A DNA stretch of 64,000 nt from Octopus sinensis (GCF_006345805.1 NC_043001.1:134292001-134356000), one strand, 5' to 3'; positions 12,812 to 25,738 are shown, counted from the stretch's first letter. Translations and numbers: made by a program. Notes: a model not told the origin generated them from the letters alone.

Positions 12812-13362
12812 TAGGTCACTTTGAGTGCTACTGGTAACATGTAACCCAGTACAACCTGTTGCATGGTCGGGTCGTTGGCGACTAAACTGGCAACCCCACC
12901 AAGCTTGCTTTGTGAGGATGGTGTTTATTGGACACCCTGTGGGACAAAAAACAAAACCCGTCAAAGGGCGGAGGTACTCTTGAGAGTCAACGGCCATCCA
13001 ATAAATGTCTTAAGGCTGTATCATGCGTAAGAACATAGAAATAATTGGACTGAATACCCGATCGCGCAGTTAAATCATTGGGAGTGAAGGACTCCTAGCC
13101 TTTGTTAGGGCATCCTTCTAGGAGAAGGTAACTCAGGTAACTGAGATAACTCTGACATAAAACCTGCGGCTCAGTGGTTACCAATGATGTTGACTTGTTC
13201 TTCTTTTCGGATTATGGCTGCTGTTGCTTAGTGAGTGGGATTGACTCAGTGCACAGCCTTTCCTCACTTTAAAAAAAATCTTCGAGCACAGGCATTGCAC
13301 GATAACAACATTGATTAAGCTTCGTGCAATGGCCATACTCAATAACGAGGGGGCAGCCACCA
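12812..13362 (+). mobile_element. Probable RTE-type 5' UTR-derived repeat inserted in (TATG)n
   Basis: CpG-retaining block bounded by (ATGT)n on both sides; GGGCATCCTTCTAGGAGAAGGTAACTC resembles RTE 5' UTRs. Confidence 0.35.
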
Positions 13363-14434
13363 TGTATGTATGTATGTATGTATGTAGTATGTATGTATGC
13401 ATCTTTGCATCCTGACATCATGTGATTGTTGCAAGTTAATGTCACTCATTTCCAAGTATCCTGCAAAAACATGTGTGACTAAGGGAGAAAAAATATTACT
13501 TTGCATGGAAACAGATAAGAGTTGGTGACAGGAAGGACAACTGGCAGCAGGAAATCTGCTTCATTAAACTCCATCCAACCCATACAAGCATAGAAAGGTG
13601 GACATGAAAAACATGAAGATGATGATGATGATGATGATGATGGTGATGGTGTGTGTGTATACATATATATGGTCCTGGGTTTAGTCCCACTGTATGGATA
13701 AGTTAAGTGACTTCTACTATAACCCCAGGTTGGCAAAAACCTTCTGAGTGGATTTGGAAGAAGGAAACTGAAAGAAACCCATCATATATGTATGTATGTG
13801 CGTGTGTTGCATGTATGTCTGTCTTACTATCTCCTTTCCTGACATTGTGTCATACTCACATGTGAGTGTGTCACCATTATAGTGTCTTCCATTTCCAGTC
13901 TTCCGTAAAAACATGTCTGGTCATGGGAAAATATTACCTTGCTTGGAAACAGGAGAAAGTTGGCAACAGAAAGTGCATCCATCCATAGAAAATCTGCCTC
14001 GATAAATTCTGTCAAACCATCTCAACATTAAAGTGGACGTTAAAATGATGATAATGATGATGGTAGTGGTGGTGGTGGTGGTGGTGGTGGTGGTGATGGT
14101 GATGGTGATGATGAATATGTGTTTGTGTGTGTGTGTGTATCTTTAGAACGTTGCTAGTTATGGCTAGTCAGAGTGACCAATGATTTCACACCTATAAAGC
14201 GATATAGGCACCTTGTCAGACTCAAATGGCCAGATGCACATAACCTTTCTACAACTGGAGGTTATGTGTTTCCAGTCATTTGAGTCAAAGGATCACCTAT
14301 ATAGCTAAGAGCTTTATAGACGCAAAACCAATGATCAATGAATGTCTAACCTGCCATAACAAACAATCTTCTAAATATCACTACTCTAATGTTTTAGAGT
14401 GTGCTTCTTTCTCAGATAGATGAGCAACTGGCCA

Positions 14435-14473
<39 letters not shown>

Positions 14474-15061
14474 CGTGCGTGCGCGAGTGCATGTGTGTAT
14501 GTGTCATCATCATCATCATCATTATTTAACATCCATCTTCCAGGCATGCATGGGTAGGATGGATGACAGGAGCCGGCCAGATAGAAAAACTACCCTCAGC
14601 TACTGTATCTGTTTTGGCAGGGATTTTACACCTGGATGCCCTTCCGAACACCAACCACTCCACAGAGTGGACTGAGTACTTTTTACATGGCACTAGCACA
14701 GGTGAAGTTAGTTTTGGCATGATTTTTACAGCTGGATGCCCTTCCAAATGCCAACTGCATTACAGTGTGAACTGGATGCTTTTAATGTGGCACCAACACT
14801 GGCAGGGTAACCAAGTAACTCACAAGATAAGGAATTATGAGAGAGGCAAGGCATTTGAGGAATGGAACTTGTGTCAGAGAATGCAAGGTTAGGGTGTGAC
14901 AAAGTGACAGAGAGACAGAAGTAGGTGTCTTGCCACAACAGAGGGGACATTAGAGGAGATGATCCAGTATCAAATGATGAAAGATTAGAGAGTAACAGAG
15001 AAATAGAGAGGCAGAAATAGGTGCCTTGCGATAGAGGAGGTGCATGGTTACTCAGTGAAAG

Positions 15062-15094
<33 letters not shown>

Positions 15095-15606
15095 AGTACA
15101 AGAAAGGGGCCAGAAACAAGTGTGCTGGAGTAAAGGAGATACTTGGTTACCTAGTCAGAGGAAAAACAAGAGAAGGAGAGAGAGAGATTGACTAAAGGGA
15201 AAGAGAGAGAGTGTAGGAAACAGCAAAAGTGTAAGAGAGATATTGTAATGCTAGAGTATACGTGCAAGTAACAAGAATATGAGCTTAGAACCTGGTTAGA
15301 AAAATAGGGTGTGGCTGTGGGTTTGGGGTGTGTGGGAAGTAGCGATACAATGAACAGGGCAGTGAGGGCAAGAAAGGGGATTGGGAAACAATCATAATTT
15401 TTGAAGAGGAAATGTGAGGAAGAGAAGAGGAGTTGTAGTTTGATTTCTGAGGGTAGAGTGAGTGAAAAGCATGTTGGTGGGACACAACTCTTCTAACACT
15501 CAGTTTCATGGATGGATCTGCTCTAGAACCTCATGTCACCAAGCATCTCATCCACTGTCATTTCCTCCATGAGCCTTAATATCCTAAGATCAGTACCTGT
15601 ATACGG

Positions 15607-15989
15607 GGAAGCACTCCATCGGTTACGACGATGAGGGTTCCGGTTGATCCGAATCAACGGAACAGCCTGCTCGTGGAAATTAACGTGTAAGTGGCTGAGC
15701 ACTCCACAGACACGTGTACCCTTAACGTAGTTCTCGGGGATATTCAGCGTGACACAGAGAGTGACAAGGCCGGCCCTTTGAAATACAGGTACAACAGAAA
15801 CAGGAAGTAAGAGTGAGAGAAAGTTGTGGTGAAAGAGTACAGCAGGGATCACCACCATCCCCTGCCGGGGCCTCGTGGAACTTTAGGTATTTTCGCTCAA
15901 TAAACACTCACAACGCCCGGTCTGGGAATCGAAACCGCGATCCTATGACCGCGAGTCCGCTGCCCTAACCACTGGGCCATTGCGCCTCC
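15607..15989 (-). mobile_element. tRNA-derived SINE, head A with tail 1
   Basis: Full length; TSD ACCTGTATA at 15595-15603 and 15990-15998. Confidence 0.92.
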
Positions 15990-16014
15990 ACCTGTATATA
16001 TATATATATATATA

Positions 16015-16400
16015 GGTACAGGTGTGGCTGCATGGTTAAGAAGTTCACATCACAACCATTTCATTTCAGGTTCAGTCCGTCTGCCTAGTACCTTGGACAA
16101 GTGTCTTCTACTATAACCTCAGGCTATCCAAAGCTTTGTGAATGGATTTGGTAGACAGCAACTGGAAGAATTCTGTTTTGTGTGTGTGTGTGTGATTGTC
16201 CCCCACCACTGCTTGACAACCAGTGTTGGTGTACTTATGCTCCAGTAATTTAACAGTTTGGCAAAAGACACCAACAGAATGAGTACTGAGTTGGAAAAGA
16301 AAATTAGTACTAGGGTCAATTCATTTGACAAAAATTTTTCAAGGTAGCGCCCCAACATGGCCGCAGTCAAATGACTGAAACAAGTAAAGGATAAAAAGAT
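16015..16400 (+). mobile_element. tRNA-derived SINE family C (mirror copy at ~22900-23304, minus)
   Basis: GGTGTGGCTG...GGTTCAGTCC head, internal (TG)n, CATGGCCGCAGTCAAATGACTGAAACAAGTAAA tail. Confidence 0.85.
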
Positions 16401-16714
16401 AATGTGATTGAATTTGGGAGACAGGAGCTGTACAAAAACCTGTCACACATTGTAGATATAGCAGCCAAATCCATCAAACTGACCCCGGCAGTCTATCTGC
16501 CTGATACAGCAACCAGATTATCCTTAAACCACACCTTACACACAACATGCTGGATATAGCAGCCAACTCACCCTGAAACTATGACCTGGTATAAACCCTA
16601 GACTTCTACAATTTTAAGGGAACTACAAAAGAATATTTTCACTATTACTAGAAAATGAATACCATATGTTTAAAATAGTATTATGATTAAAGATGGAACA
16701 GAAATAGCATGTGC

Positions 16715-16715
<1 letters not shown>

Positions 16716-16793
<78 letters not shown>

Positions 16794-16864
16794 CAGCAGC
16801 AGCAGCAGTAGTAGTAGCAGCAGTAGCAGTAGTAGTAGTAGTAGTAGTAGCAGCAGCAGCAGCA
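16716..16864. repeat. Compound (AGT)n/(AGC)n microsatellite (mirror at ~22417-22586)
   Basis: Directly visible; source of poly-S/L/V/A/T/C/Y ORFs. Confidence 0.97.
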
Positions 16865-17993
16865 ACAGCCTCTGTACACACACATCACACATACTTATGC
16901 ATGCATACACACACGTCACACATACTCATGCATGCATACACACACATCACACATACTCATGCATGCATACACACACACACACACACACCTACAATTTTCA
17001 TAGTAGACTATATTTTCGTCTTCCTGATTTTCTTTCAGCATCTAAAATGAATGTTATGGAGTGTTCAACCACAAGTTCGTTAAGGAATATATTAAATGTA
17101 AATCAGATTTAAAACGAAAGTAAATTTTACTCGACTTAATTGCTTTTGGTGTAGAGTTATGATATTCCATGGCAGAATGGTTGCTTCAAGAAAGGACATC
17201 CAAGAGTAGAAGCTAAAAATAGGACATCCTGCTCCAAGAACTACTTACATCAACATTATCTAAATTCTCAATGAATTCAACTTGTATCTAGAAAAGAAAA
17301 CAGATGTGAAGTGCAACTGGAAGAATATTAAATAAAATGACAACTATGATGATGATGATGATGATGATTAGGAGAAAGAGGTAGAGAGATAGGCTGCGGC
17401 TGGTGGTGGTGGTGGTGGTAGGGAGAGTGACTAATCAAAAAAAAAAAATTATTATGCTTAAAAGATTATGTCAAATGATTACATTGCTTGCTTAGTTTCC
17501 CATTGAAAAACATGGACTCTAATTTACATTATGTATATTTTCAGTACCACACCACCCCACCCCACCCCACCCCTCCAGCAGTAGATATGAAAAGCATTGA
17601 TAAAATCAACCATCTTACAATTTATATTGTTCTCTTATATATGGTGATTGCATATCTTTGCTACAATGGAATGATCTCCAGTAATGAGATTTTTTGAAAA
17701 GAAAAAAAAAAAAAAAAAAATGTTATGAAGCAGTGATAATACATTGCATTAATTGCCATGTTACTTCAATGGAATCACCAAAGGTCAACCTAGATAATAG
17801 ATGCAACTTCTGTCCTGCGTATTTCATTAGTGGAACAAGTTGATTTCATCTTTTATGGCAAAGTTAACTCTTGCAGTTAGTGCATGGATGTTTTGGTGAA
17901 CTAAAAAGGAACATTAATTTGTCATTCTTGTATATTGGTAGAGTAATTTTTGACTGTTAAACCCTTTAGTATTCCAATTACTTTATCAAATAT

Positions 17994-18316
17994 GAAGGCA
18001 CGTGGCTTAGTCATTAGGACATTCAGCTCACAATCGTAAGGTTGTGAGTTCAAATCCCGGCAACGTGTTGTGTTCTTGAGAAAGACACTTTATTTCACAT
18101 TGCTCCAGTCCACTCAGCTGGCAAAAATGAGTTGTACCTGTATTTCAAAGGGCCGGCCTTGTCACACTCTGTGTCATGCTGAATCTCCCTGAGAACTACG
18201 TTAGGGATACGCGTGTCTGTGGATTGCTCAGTCACTTGCATATTAATTTCACGAGCAGGCTGTTCTGTTGATCGTATCAGCTGGGACCCGCGTCATCGTA
18301 TCCGATGGAGTGCTCC
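17994..18316 (+). mobile_element. tRNA-derived SINE with a different head and core, sharing tail 1
   Basis: GAAGGCACGTGGCTTAGT...GAGTTCAAATCCC head, then TTGTACCTGTATTTCAAAGGGCCGGCC tail as in SINE A; ~23 bp imperfect TSD. Confidence 0.85.
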
Positions 18317-18362
18317 TATTCGATTACTATATCAAATATAGTTTATTATATTGTTTTGAAAA

Positions 18363-18579
18363 GGCAGTAAGCTGGCAGAAACGTTAGCACACCAGCTGAA
18401 ATGCTTAGTGGTATTTCATCTGTCTTTACGTTCTGACTTCAAATTTTGCTGAGGTTGACTTTGCCTTTCATCTTTTGGAAGTCAATAAACTAAGTACCAG
18501 TTGCATACTGGGATCAATCTATTTGACTGCCCCTCCCCTTCTCCCAAAATTTTGGGCCATATGCCTAGAGTATAAAAGA
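18363..18579 (+). mobile_element. SINE family B (Nin-domain-like core)
   Basis: GCTGGCAGAAACGTTAGC head, GCCTTTCATC...AAGTACCAG core; 16 bp TSD ATTATATTGTTTTGAA at 18345-18360 and 18580-18595. Confidence 0.85.
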
Positions 18580-18766
18580 ATTATATTGTTTTGAATTAAT
18601 CATGCATTATCTCACTGCTTTGAGTTTTCAATGATGTGATTTAGTTTTAGAATGACATTGTAGGATTGAGGTGAGAAGCTGGATCTGTCCAGTTTCAACA
18701 TATAACAGGTTATATATTTTGGCTGAATATGGCCAGTTTGAATGCTAAAGGGTTAAACCAATGCTA

Positions 18767-18949
18767 AAGGGTTGGCCAAAAGTCACCTGACAATAAATCA
18801 AAACCATTTACTTCCAAGATTTATTTAAGTTTAACAGCTGAATGAATTTAATAAAAACATCTAAATATGAGACATCATGAAAATTGTCCTTCTTGAGATA
18901 GTATTTATGGAATTTTGATTTACTATCAGGTGACTTTTGGCCAGCCCTG
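18767..18949. mobile_element. Tc1/mariner-type MITE
   Basis: TIRs AGGGTTGGCCAAAAGTCACCTGA / TCAGGTGACTTTTGGCCAGCCCTG; TA on the left flank. Confidence 0.8.
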
Positions 18950-18985
18950 TGTGTGTATGTATATATATATATGTGTGTGTGTGTC

Positions 18986-19292
18986 GAGGTGCAATGGCCC
19001 AGTGGTTAGGGCAGCGGACTCGGGGTCGTAGGATCATGGTTTCGTTTCCCAGACCGGGCGTTGTGAGTGTTTATTGAGCGAAAACACCTAAAGCAACACG
19101 AGGCTCCGGCAGGGGGTGGTGGCGATCCCTGCTGTACTCTTTTGCCACAACTTTCTCTCACTCTTTCTTCTGTTGGCCTGCTCGCTTAGCCAACAGGGTG
19201 GCGTCATTCGAAGGCTAAAACAATGCGAAGCGCATTGTGACCAGCGATGTGTAACAACATCTGATAGCCTGGTCAGTCACGTGATCACGTGA
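18986..19292 (+). mobile_element. SINE head A with tail 2
   Basis: Same head as SINE A; tail ...CATCTGATAGCCTGGTCAGTCACGTGAT. Confidence 0.87.
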
Positions 19293-19911
19293 TATATATA
19301 TAAATGTATGCATGTATGTATGTATGTATAAATAAATAAATAAATAAATATATATATATATCATAATCATCATGATGCTGGCATGGGTTGGACAGTTTGA
19401 CTGGAACTGGTAACCTGGAGAGCTGCACCAGGTTTCTGCAGTTTGATGCCCTTCCTAATGCCAACCACTCCAAGAATGTAGTGGGTGCCTTTGACATGGC
19501 ACCAGCACGGGTGCTTTTACGTGTCATGCTTCACCACCTCATCTCATGTCTTCCTGGGTCTACCATTTCCACAGGTTCCTTCCACATTTAGAGATTGGCA
19601 CTTCTTTATGCAGCTGTCCTCATCCATAAGCCTCACATGACCATACAAGCATAGTTGTCTCTCTTGCACACCATATCTGATGCCTCTTATGCTAAATTTT
19701 TCTTTCAAGATGCTTATACTCTGTCATACATGCACACTGACATTGCACATCCAGTACCCCTGCTGTTGCTGCTGTTGTTGTTGTTATTGTTGTTGTTGTT
19801 AAGCAACAAGACGGGTAAGGGTGATTAGGTGATGGTCCAGGGCTTAGGGGCGGGAGACCCCAGACCTTGGAAAAAAAAGAAACTTTGATCGTCTTGTTGT
19901 AGTTGAGGGCT

Positions 19912-20295
19912 GGAGGCGCAATGGCCCAGTGGTTAGGGCAGCGGACTCGCAGTCATAGGATCGCGATTTCGATTCCCAGACCGGGCGTTGTGAGTGTTTA
20001 TTGAGCGAAAACACCTAAAAGCTCCATGAGGCTCCGGCAGGGGATGGTGGTGATCCCTGCTGTACTCTTTCACCACAACTTTCTCTCACTCTTACTTCCT
20101 GTTTCTGTTGTACCTGTATTTCAAAGGGCCGGCTTTGTCACTCTCTGTGTCACGCTGAATATCCCCAAGAACTACATTAAGGGTGCACGTGTCTGTGGAG
20201 TGCTCAGCCACTTACACGTTAATTTCACGAGCAGGCTGTTCCGTTGATTCGGATCAACCGGAACCCTCATCGTCGTAACCGACGGAGTGCTTCCT
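19912..20295 (+). mobile_element. SINE head A with tail 1, nested in a short minus-strand retro-fragment (~19775-20390)
   Basis: TSD AGTTGAGGGCT on both sides; the host fragment has a (CAA)n tail and is flanked by CTGCTGTTGCTGCTG direct repeats. Confidence 0.88.
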
Positions 20296-20811
20296 AAAGT
20301 TGAGGGCTCTTCGTTGATGCCCGACACCACTGGGAAGTGGCCCTCAAAGTCACTGGAAATGGAGATCTTCAGGTCCAAATTCTTGAACGGCTGCTGTTGC
20401 TGCTGATGATGATGCAAGCAAATAGACAGACAGATAGATTTATGACTGTACAGTGAGCAATGGGCTAACTTATAAGATGGACTAAGAGGTTGGATATACT
20501 CAGGGATGCCTTCTGCCCTTCTGTTTTTAGCTTGTTATTTAGTTCTATTTGTTGTTGTTGCTGCTCTTGTACTTGTTATTGCACTTGCTGTTACTATTGC
20601 TCTTATTGTTGTTATCAATGCTAAAATTGTTGCTGTTGTTGTTATTGTTGTTTACAGCAGTTTAATAAGTAAACAAACTTTCAGATTGTCAGATATTTCC
20701 TCAAAACATGTATTTTAAGTTCTAAGCTTGTTTATTGTAAGAAGAGAAAGAGCAAAGAAAAGATATAATATTTTTATAGACAATATAAGGCTAAACTTCA
20801 ATACATCTTAC

Positions 20812-20977
20812 CAGGAGTGGCTGTGTGGGAAGTAGCTTGCTTACCAACCACATGGTTCCGGATTCAGTCCCACTGCATGGCACCTGGGCAAGTGTCTTCT
20901 ACTATAGCCTCGGGCCAACTAAAGCCTTTTAAGTGGATCTGGTAGACGGAAACTGAAAGAAGCCCTTCGTATATATG

Positions 20978-21012
<35 letters not shown>

Positions 21013-21507
21013 TTGCATTTGTCCTCCCAACATCACTTGACAACCGATGCTGGCATGTTTATGTCCCCGTAACTTAGCAGTTTGGCAAAAGGCACCAATA
21101 GAATAAGTACTAGGCTGACAAAGAATAAGTCCTGGGGTTGATTTGCTCAACTAAAGGCGGTGCTCCAGCATGGCCGCAGTCAAATGAATGAAACAAGTAA
21201 AAGAGTAAATTATTATATATTGTAAGGCCGTTGCCAGCCTAGCCTGGCCCCCGGGCCGGTGGCACGTAAAAAGCACCATCCGTCCGTGGCCGTTTGCCAG
21301 CCCCATCTGGCACCTGTGCGGGTGGCACATAAAAAGCACCCACTACACTCACGGAGTGGTTGACGTTAGGAAGGGCATCCAGCCGTAGAAACTCTGCCAG
21401 ATCAGACTGGGCCTGGCGCAGCCTTCTGGCTTCCCAGACCCCAGTTGAACCGTCCAACCCATGCTAGCATGGAAAGCAGACGCCAAATGATGATGATGAT
21501 GATGATG
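20812..21507 (+). mobile_element. SINE C (20812-21208) followed by a family D copy (21226-21507)
   Basis: Matches to other copies in the window. Confidence 0.88.
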
Positions 21508-21770
21508 TATAAATTAGGTTCACAGTGCCCGATTCAAACAGACGCACAGCATGATAATGAGACCGCCATCATTAAGACAGCATAATCAGTTAACTGAGAT
21601 TATTTAACCCTCCTATAACCATATTTTTACTAAAATACATTGCTTTTATTTCAATTCATTTTGAAAATAATGAAGAACTTAGTAAAATATTTGTCATTAT
21701 TAATCAGGTGTTTCGGACAAATTGACATGAAATTTTGATGGAAGTTTTTTAAAAATTTAGATCACTTTAA

Positions 21771-22021
21771 CCCTTTAGTGTTCAGATTACTCTGAACATT
21801 GTTACATTGTCACATTATTACATTGTTAAATGTAATACTTTTTCACTCAAATTGTTTTGAATTAATCATGCATTATCTTAAAGCTTTGAGGTTTCAATGA
21901 TGTGATTGTTTATTTTTAGAATGTCAATGTAGGTTAGGTTTGAGGGGCTAGATATTGCCAGTTTGATTATAAAACATATAGAATATTTGGGCCAGATATG
22001 GCCGGTTTAAACACTAAAGGG
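21771..22021. mobile_element. TTAA MITE, nested in an older TTAA-flanked element (~21608-22063)
   Basis: TTAA|CCCTTTAG...CTAAAGGG|TTAA inside TTAA|CCCTCC...AAAGAG|TTAA. Confidence 0.8.
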
Positions 22022-22501
22022 TTAAAGCTAGTTTTTATCATAGAAGCAAATTGTTGAAAAGAGTTAAACCTAACAAAACATATCACAATATAAAGAAGTA
22101 AAATAAAATATAACTGGGAAAATGAATATAGTTTTCTCTCTGATGTTGAAATGACAGAATCAATAGGAAGTTCTGAGTGACACTGTTTTTGAATGATCTT
22201 CTAATAAAAGAAAATATAAGTCAAATGTGAAAACTGTTATTCATTATAGATTCATAAACTGAATTGCTGCCAGGATACAATAAACATGATTGGAGAAGCC
22301 TTAAACCACAGACTAGATGAGCTATTCTGCAAATTTGAGAATTTTAGTCTAAAAAATTGTTGAAAATTGTGTGTGTATGCATGCATGAGTATGTGTGACG
22401 TGTGTGTACAGAGGCTGTTGCTGCTGCTGCTGCTACTACTACTACTACTACTGCTACTGCTACTGCTGCTACTACTACTGCTGCTACTGCTGCTGCTACT
22501 A

Positions 22502-22586
<85 letters not shown>

Positions 22587-23105
22587 GCACATGCTATTTC
22601 TGTTCCATCTTTAATCATAATACTATTTTAAACATATGGTATTCATTTTCTAGTAATAGTGAAAATATTCTTTTGTAGTTCCCTTAAAATTGTAGAAGTC
22701 TAGGGTTTATACCAGGTCATAGTTTCAGGGTGAGTTGGCTGCTATATCCAGCATGTTGTGTGTAAGGTGTGGTTTAAGGATAATCTGGTTGCTGTATCAG
22801 GCAGATAGACTGCCGGGGTCAGTTTGATGGATTTGGCTGCTATATCTACAATGTGTGACAGGTTTTTGTACAGCTCCTGTCTCCCAAATTCAATCACATT
22901 ATCTTTTTATCCTTTACTTGTTTCAGTCATTTGACTGCGGCCATGTTGGGGCGCTACTTTGAAAAATTTTTGTCAAATGAATTGACCCTAGTACTAATTT
23001 TCTTTTCCAACTCAGTACTCATTCTGTTGGTGTCTTTTGCCAAACTGTTAAATTACTGGAGCATCAGTACACCAACACTGGTTGTCAAGCAGTGGTGGGG
23101 GACAA

Positions 23106-23143
<38 letters not shown>

Positions 23144-23327
23144 CAGAATTCTTCCAGTTGCTGTCTACCAAATCCATTCACAAAGCTTTGGATAGCCTGA
23201 GGTTATAGTAGAAGACACTTGTCCAAGGTACTAGGCAGACGGACTGAACCTGAAATGAAATGGTTGTGATGTGAACTTCTTAACCATGCAGCCACACCTG
23301 TACCTATATATATATATATATACAGGT

Positions 23328-23708
23328 GGAGGCACAATGGCCCAGTGGTTAGGGCAGCGGACTCGCGGTCATAGGATCGCAGTTTCGATTCCCAGACCGG
23401 GCGTTGTGAGTGTTTATTGAGCGAAAATACCTAAAATTCCACGAGGCCCCGGCAGGGGATGGTGGTGATCCCTGCTGTACTCTTTCACCACAACTTTCTC
23501 TCACTCTTACTTCCTGTTTCTGTTGTACCTGTATTTCAAAGGGCCGGCCTTGTCACTCTCTGTGTCACGCTGAATATCCCCGAGAACTACGTTAAGGGTA
23601 CACGTGTCTGTGGAGTGCTCAGCCACTTACACGTTAATTTCATGAGCAGGCTGTTCCATTGATCGGATCAACCGGAACCCTCGTCATCGTAACCGACGGA
23701 GTGCTTCC
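23328..23708 (+). mobile_element. SINE head A with tail 1; outer end of the right arm
   Basis: Full length with (ATCC)n tail; flanks do not form a TSD. Confidence 0.92.
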
Positions 23709-23992
23709 ATCCATCCATTTCAATTATTTTTAATAAAGCCTCAGGAGGGACGAAAATGTTTTAAATACCATTCCCTTAGTCTTAGAAAGTTAGGCATCAT
23801 GTCTTCTTAGAGAAGATTTCATAAAACTAATAGTTGTTCTCTTCCAAGAAATATAACATTCCAAATTGGCTATACAACACAGTCAGTTAAAAATGCTGCT
23901 TAGGGCTAGCTTCATTTACCTTTCAAGAAGCTGCTTTCTCAAAGATTTGATTGTTAATATAGATGTTACAGGTGATGCAGTTCACTTCCAAT

Positions 23993-24378
23993 GGGAAGCA
24001 CTTCGTCGGTTATGATGATGAGGGTTCCGGTTGATCCGAATCAATGGAACAGCCTGCTCGTGAAATTAACGTGTAAGTGGCTGAGCACTCCACAGACACG
24101 TGCACCCTTAACGTAGTTCTCAGAGATATTCAGCGTGACACAGAGAGTGACAAGGCCGGCCCCTTGAAATACAGGTACAACAGAAACAGGAAGTAAGAGT
24201 GAGAGAAAGTTGTGGTGAAAGAGTACAGCAGGGATCACCACCATCCCCTGCCGGAGCGTCGTGGAGCTTTTTTAGGTGTTTTCGCTCAATAAACACTCAC
24301 AACGCCCGGTCTGGGAATCGAAACCGCGATCCTATGACCGCGAGTCCACTGCTCTAACCACTGGGCCATTGTGCCTCC
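23993..24378 (-). mobile_element. SINE head A with tail 1
   Basis: 11 bp TSD TCACTTCCAAT at 23982-23992 and 24379-24389. Confidence 0.92.
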
Positions 24379-24405
24379 TCACTTCCAATATTTATAATTG
24401 GATTA

Positions 24406-24615
24406 GGCAGCGAGCTGGCAGAAACATTAGCATGCCGGGCAAAATGCTTAGCGTTATTTCATGTCTTTATGTTCTGAGTTCAAATTCCATCAAGGTCAAC
24501 TTTGCCTTTCATCCTTTCGGGGTTGATAAATTAAGTACCAGTTGTGTACTGGGGTCGATCTAATCAACTGGCCCCCTCCCCCAAAATTTCAGGCCTTGTG
24601 CCTAGAATAGAAAAG
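24406..24615 (+). mobile_element. SINE family B
   Basis: 15 bp TSD AATATTTATAATTGG at 24387-24401 and 24616-24630. Confidence 0.9.
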
Positions 24616-25104
24616 AATATTTATAATTGGTATCATAATTCAATCCCAATATATATAATTGGTGCTGTAGCTCATTATATAACAACTGGTGTTTCCTAAT
24701 GTATAAACTCAAATTATTGATTAGATAATATAAAAATCAATAAATTATTTAATTACCTCTATTCCACAATAAATTACATTGTTGTTTTGAGCAACAATGG
24801 AACTTCTACCTAGTCAATCAACATAATAAAAACAACCAAACTTCTCTCATAACACACCCTATTATGCAACACACCTTATCTTCAAAATATATTTTGAAAA
24901 AGTAGATAATATTGGCATGGCTGGAATGCATTTGATCATAGGTTTATCTCTTCATGTTTAACCTGAATCTAAACAAGATGTGGATTCAATTCTTAGGATA
25001 ACTGGGTTAAATAAATACCAGAAATGTTTGGTTTGGATTCTTGAAATTTACTAGTTGAATGGGGAAATAGTGAACATTGGAGACAGTTTTGGGTGGGGCA
25101 CATA

Positions 25105-25738
25105 CTATAAAAACCCATGTAATTTGCGCACCAGTGTAATTTATACAGGCGATTTTCAGGATAAATTTTTATCAAGAAAAGGCTTCTACACATGTAAAAT
25201 TTGCACCCAAAAGTTTTCAGAACTGCTGACATGGCCAGGGGAAAAAGGTTTTCAATTAAGTTGTATTTAGCATAATTTCACTTACTTATAATTAGATTTT
25301 ATTAAATTTTCATCAAATAAAGATAACTTATGTTTAACAGGTATCACATTAAAAGCTATTAAATTACAAAGTGTTTGTGTTGTTTATAATAATATGGCCT
25401 GGACCATGATTACTAACATGAACATCAGACTTCGAAAAGTAGTTAACCATTTATTGGTTTTAGTAAATTTATACAGAAAAAGTAAGCATTATACTGTCCA
25501 GCATAAATAAAAGTCAACTTCATTATATTTAAGCCCTTGTTTCTTTCCATAAAAACCTATTCTGACACTAAATGAGTCAACTTCCAGTAAAAATGTTTAC
25601 ATTCTGTATGTCTTTTTTCAACAAAGAAATTTCAAAAAAAATTCTGGAAACTATCTACTCATGTAATTTACGCACCCTAAAGTTTATTTAAATTTTTGCA
25701 AAAAGAAAAAATGCATAAATTAAATGGGTTTTTTATGG
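25105..25738. mobile_element. pogo/Tigger-type non-autonomous element
   Basis: TA|CTATAAAAACCCATGTAATTTGCGCAC ... TGCATAAATTAAATGGGTTTTTTATGG|TA with repeated subterminal TGTAATTT.CGCAC motifs. Confidence 0.7.

Larger units (their letters stand above)
17962..18752. mobile_element. TTAA MITE interrupted by two nested SINEs
   Basis: CCCTTTAG at 17962 and CTAAAGGG|TTAA at 18752; removing both inserts and one copy of each TSD restores the MITE. Confidence 0.85.
15607..23708. repeat. Large inverted duplication; arms ~15607-16975 and 22369-23708, ~5.4 kb spacer
   Basis: SINE A, (TA)n, SINE C, ~300 bp unique sequence, (AGT/AGC)n and a CATGCATGCA unit all recur in mirror order; the 61 aa ORFs 15722-15907(-) and 23410-23595(+) are identical. 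Confidence 0.98.

Noticed and set aside
12812-13362. HDV-like ribozyme in the putative RTE 5' UTR
   Set aside because: I could not fold a convincing nested double pseudoknot by eye; it needs a structure-descriptor search.
16623-17112. Poly-Ser/Leu/Ala/Cys ORFs (also 22252-22678)
   Set aside because: Trinucleotide microsatellite.
15607-23708. Large inverted repeat as an assembly artefact or giant TIR transposon
   Set aside because: The arms differ in substitutions and repeat lengths, consist of host SINEs and unique DNA, and have no TSD or transposase. Read-level confirmation is still needed.
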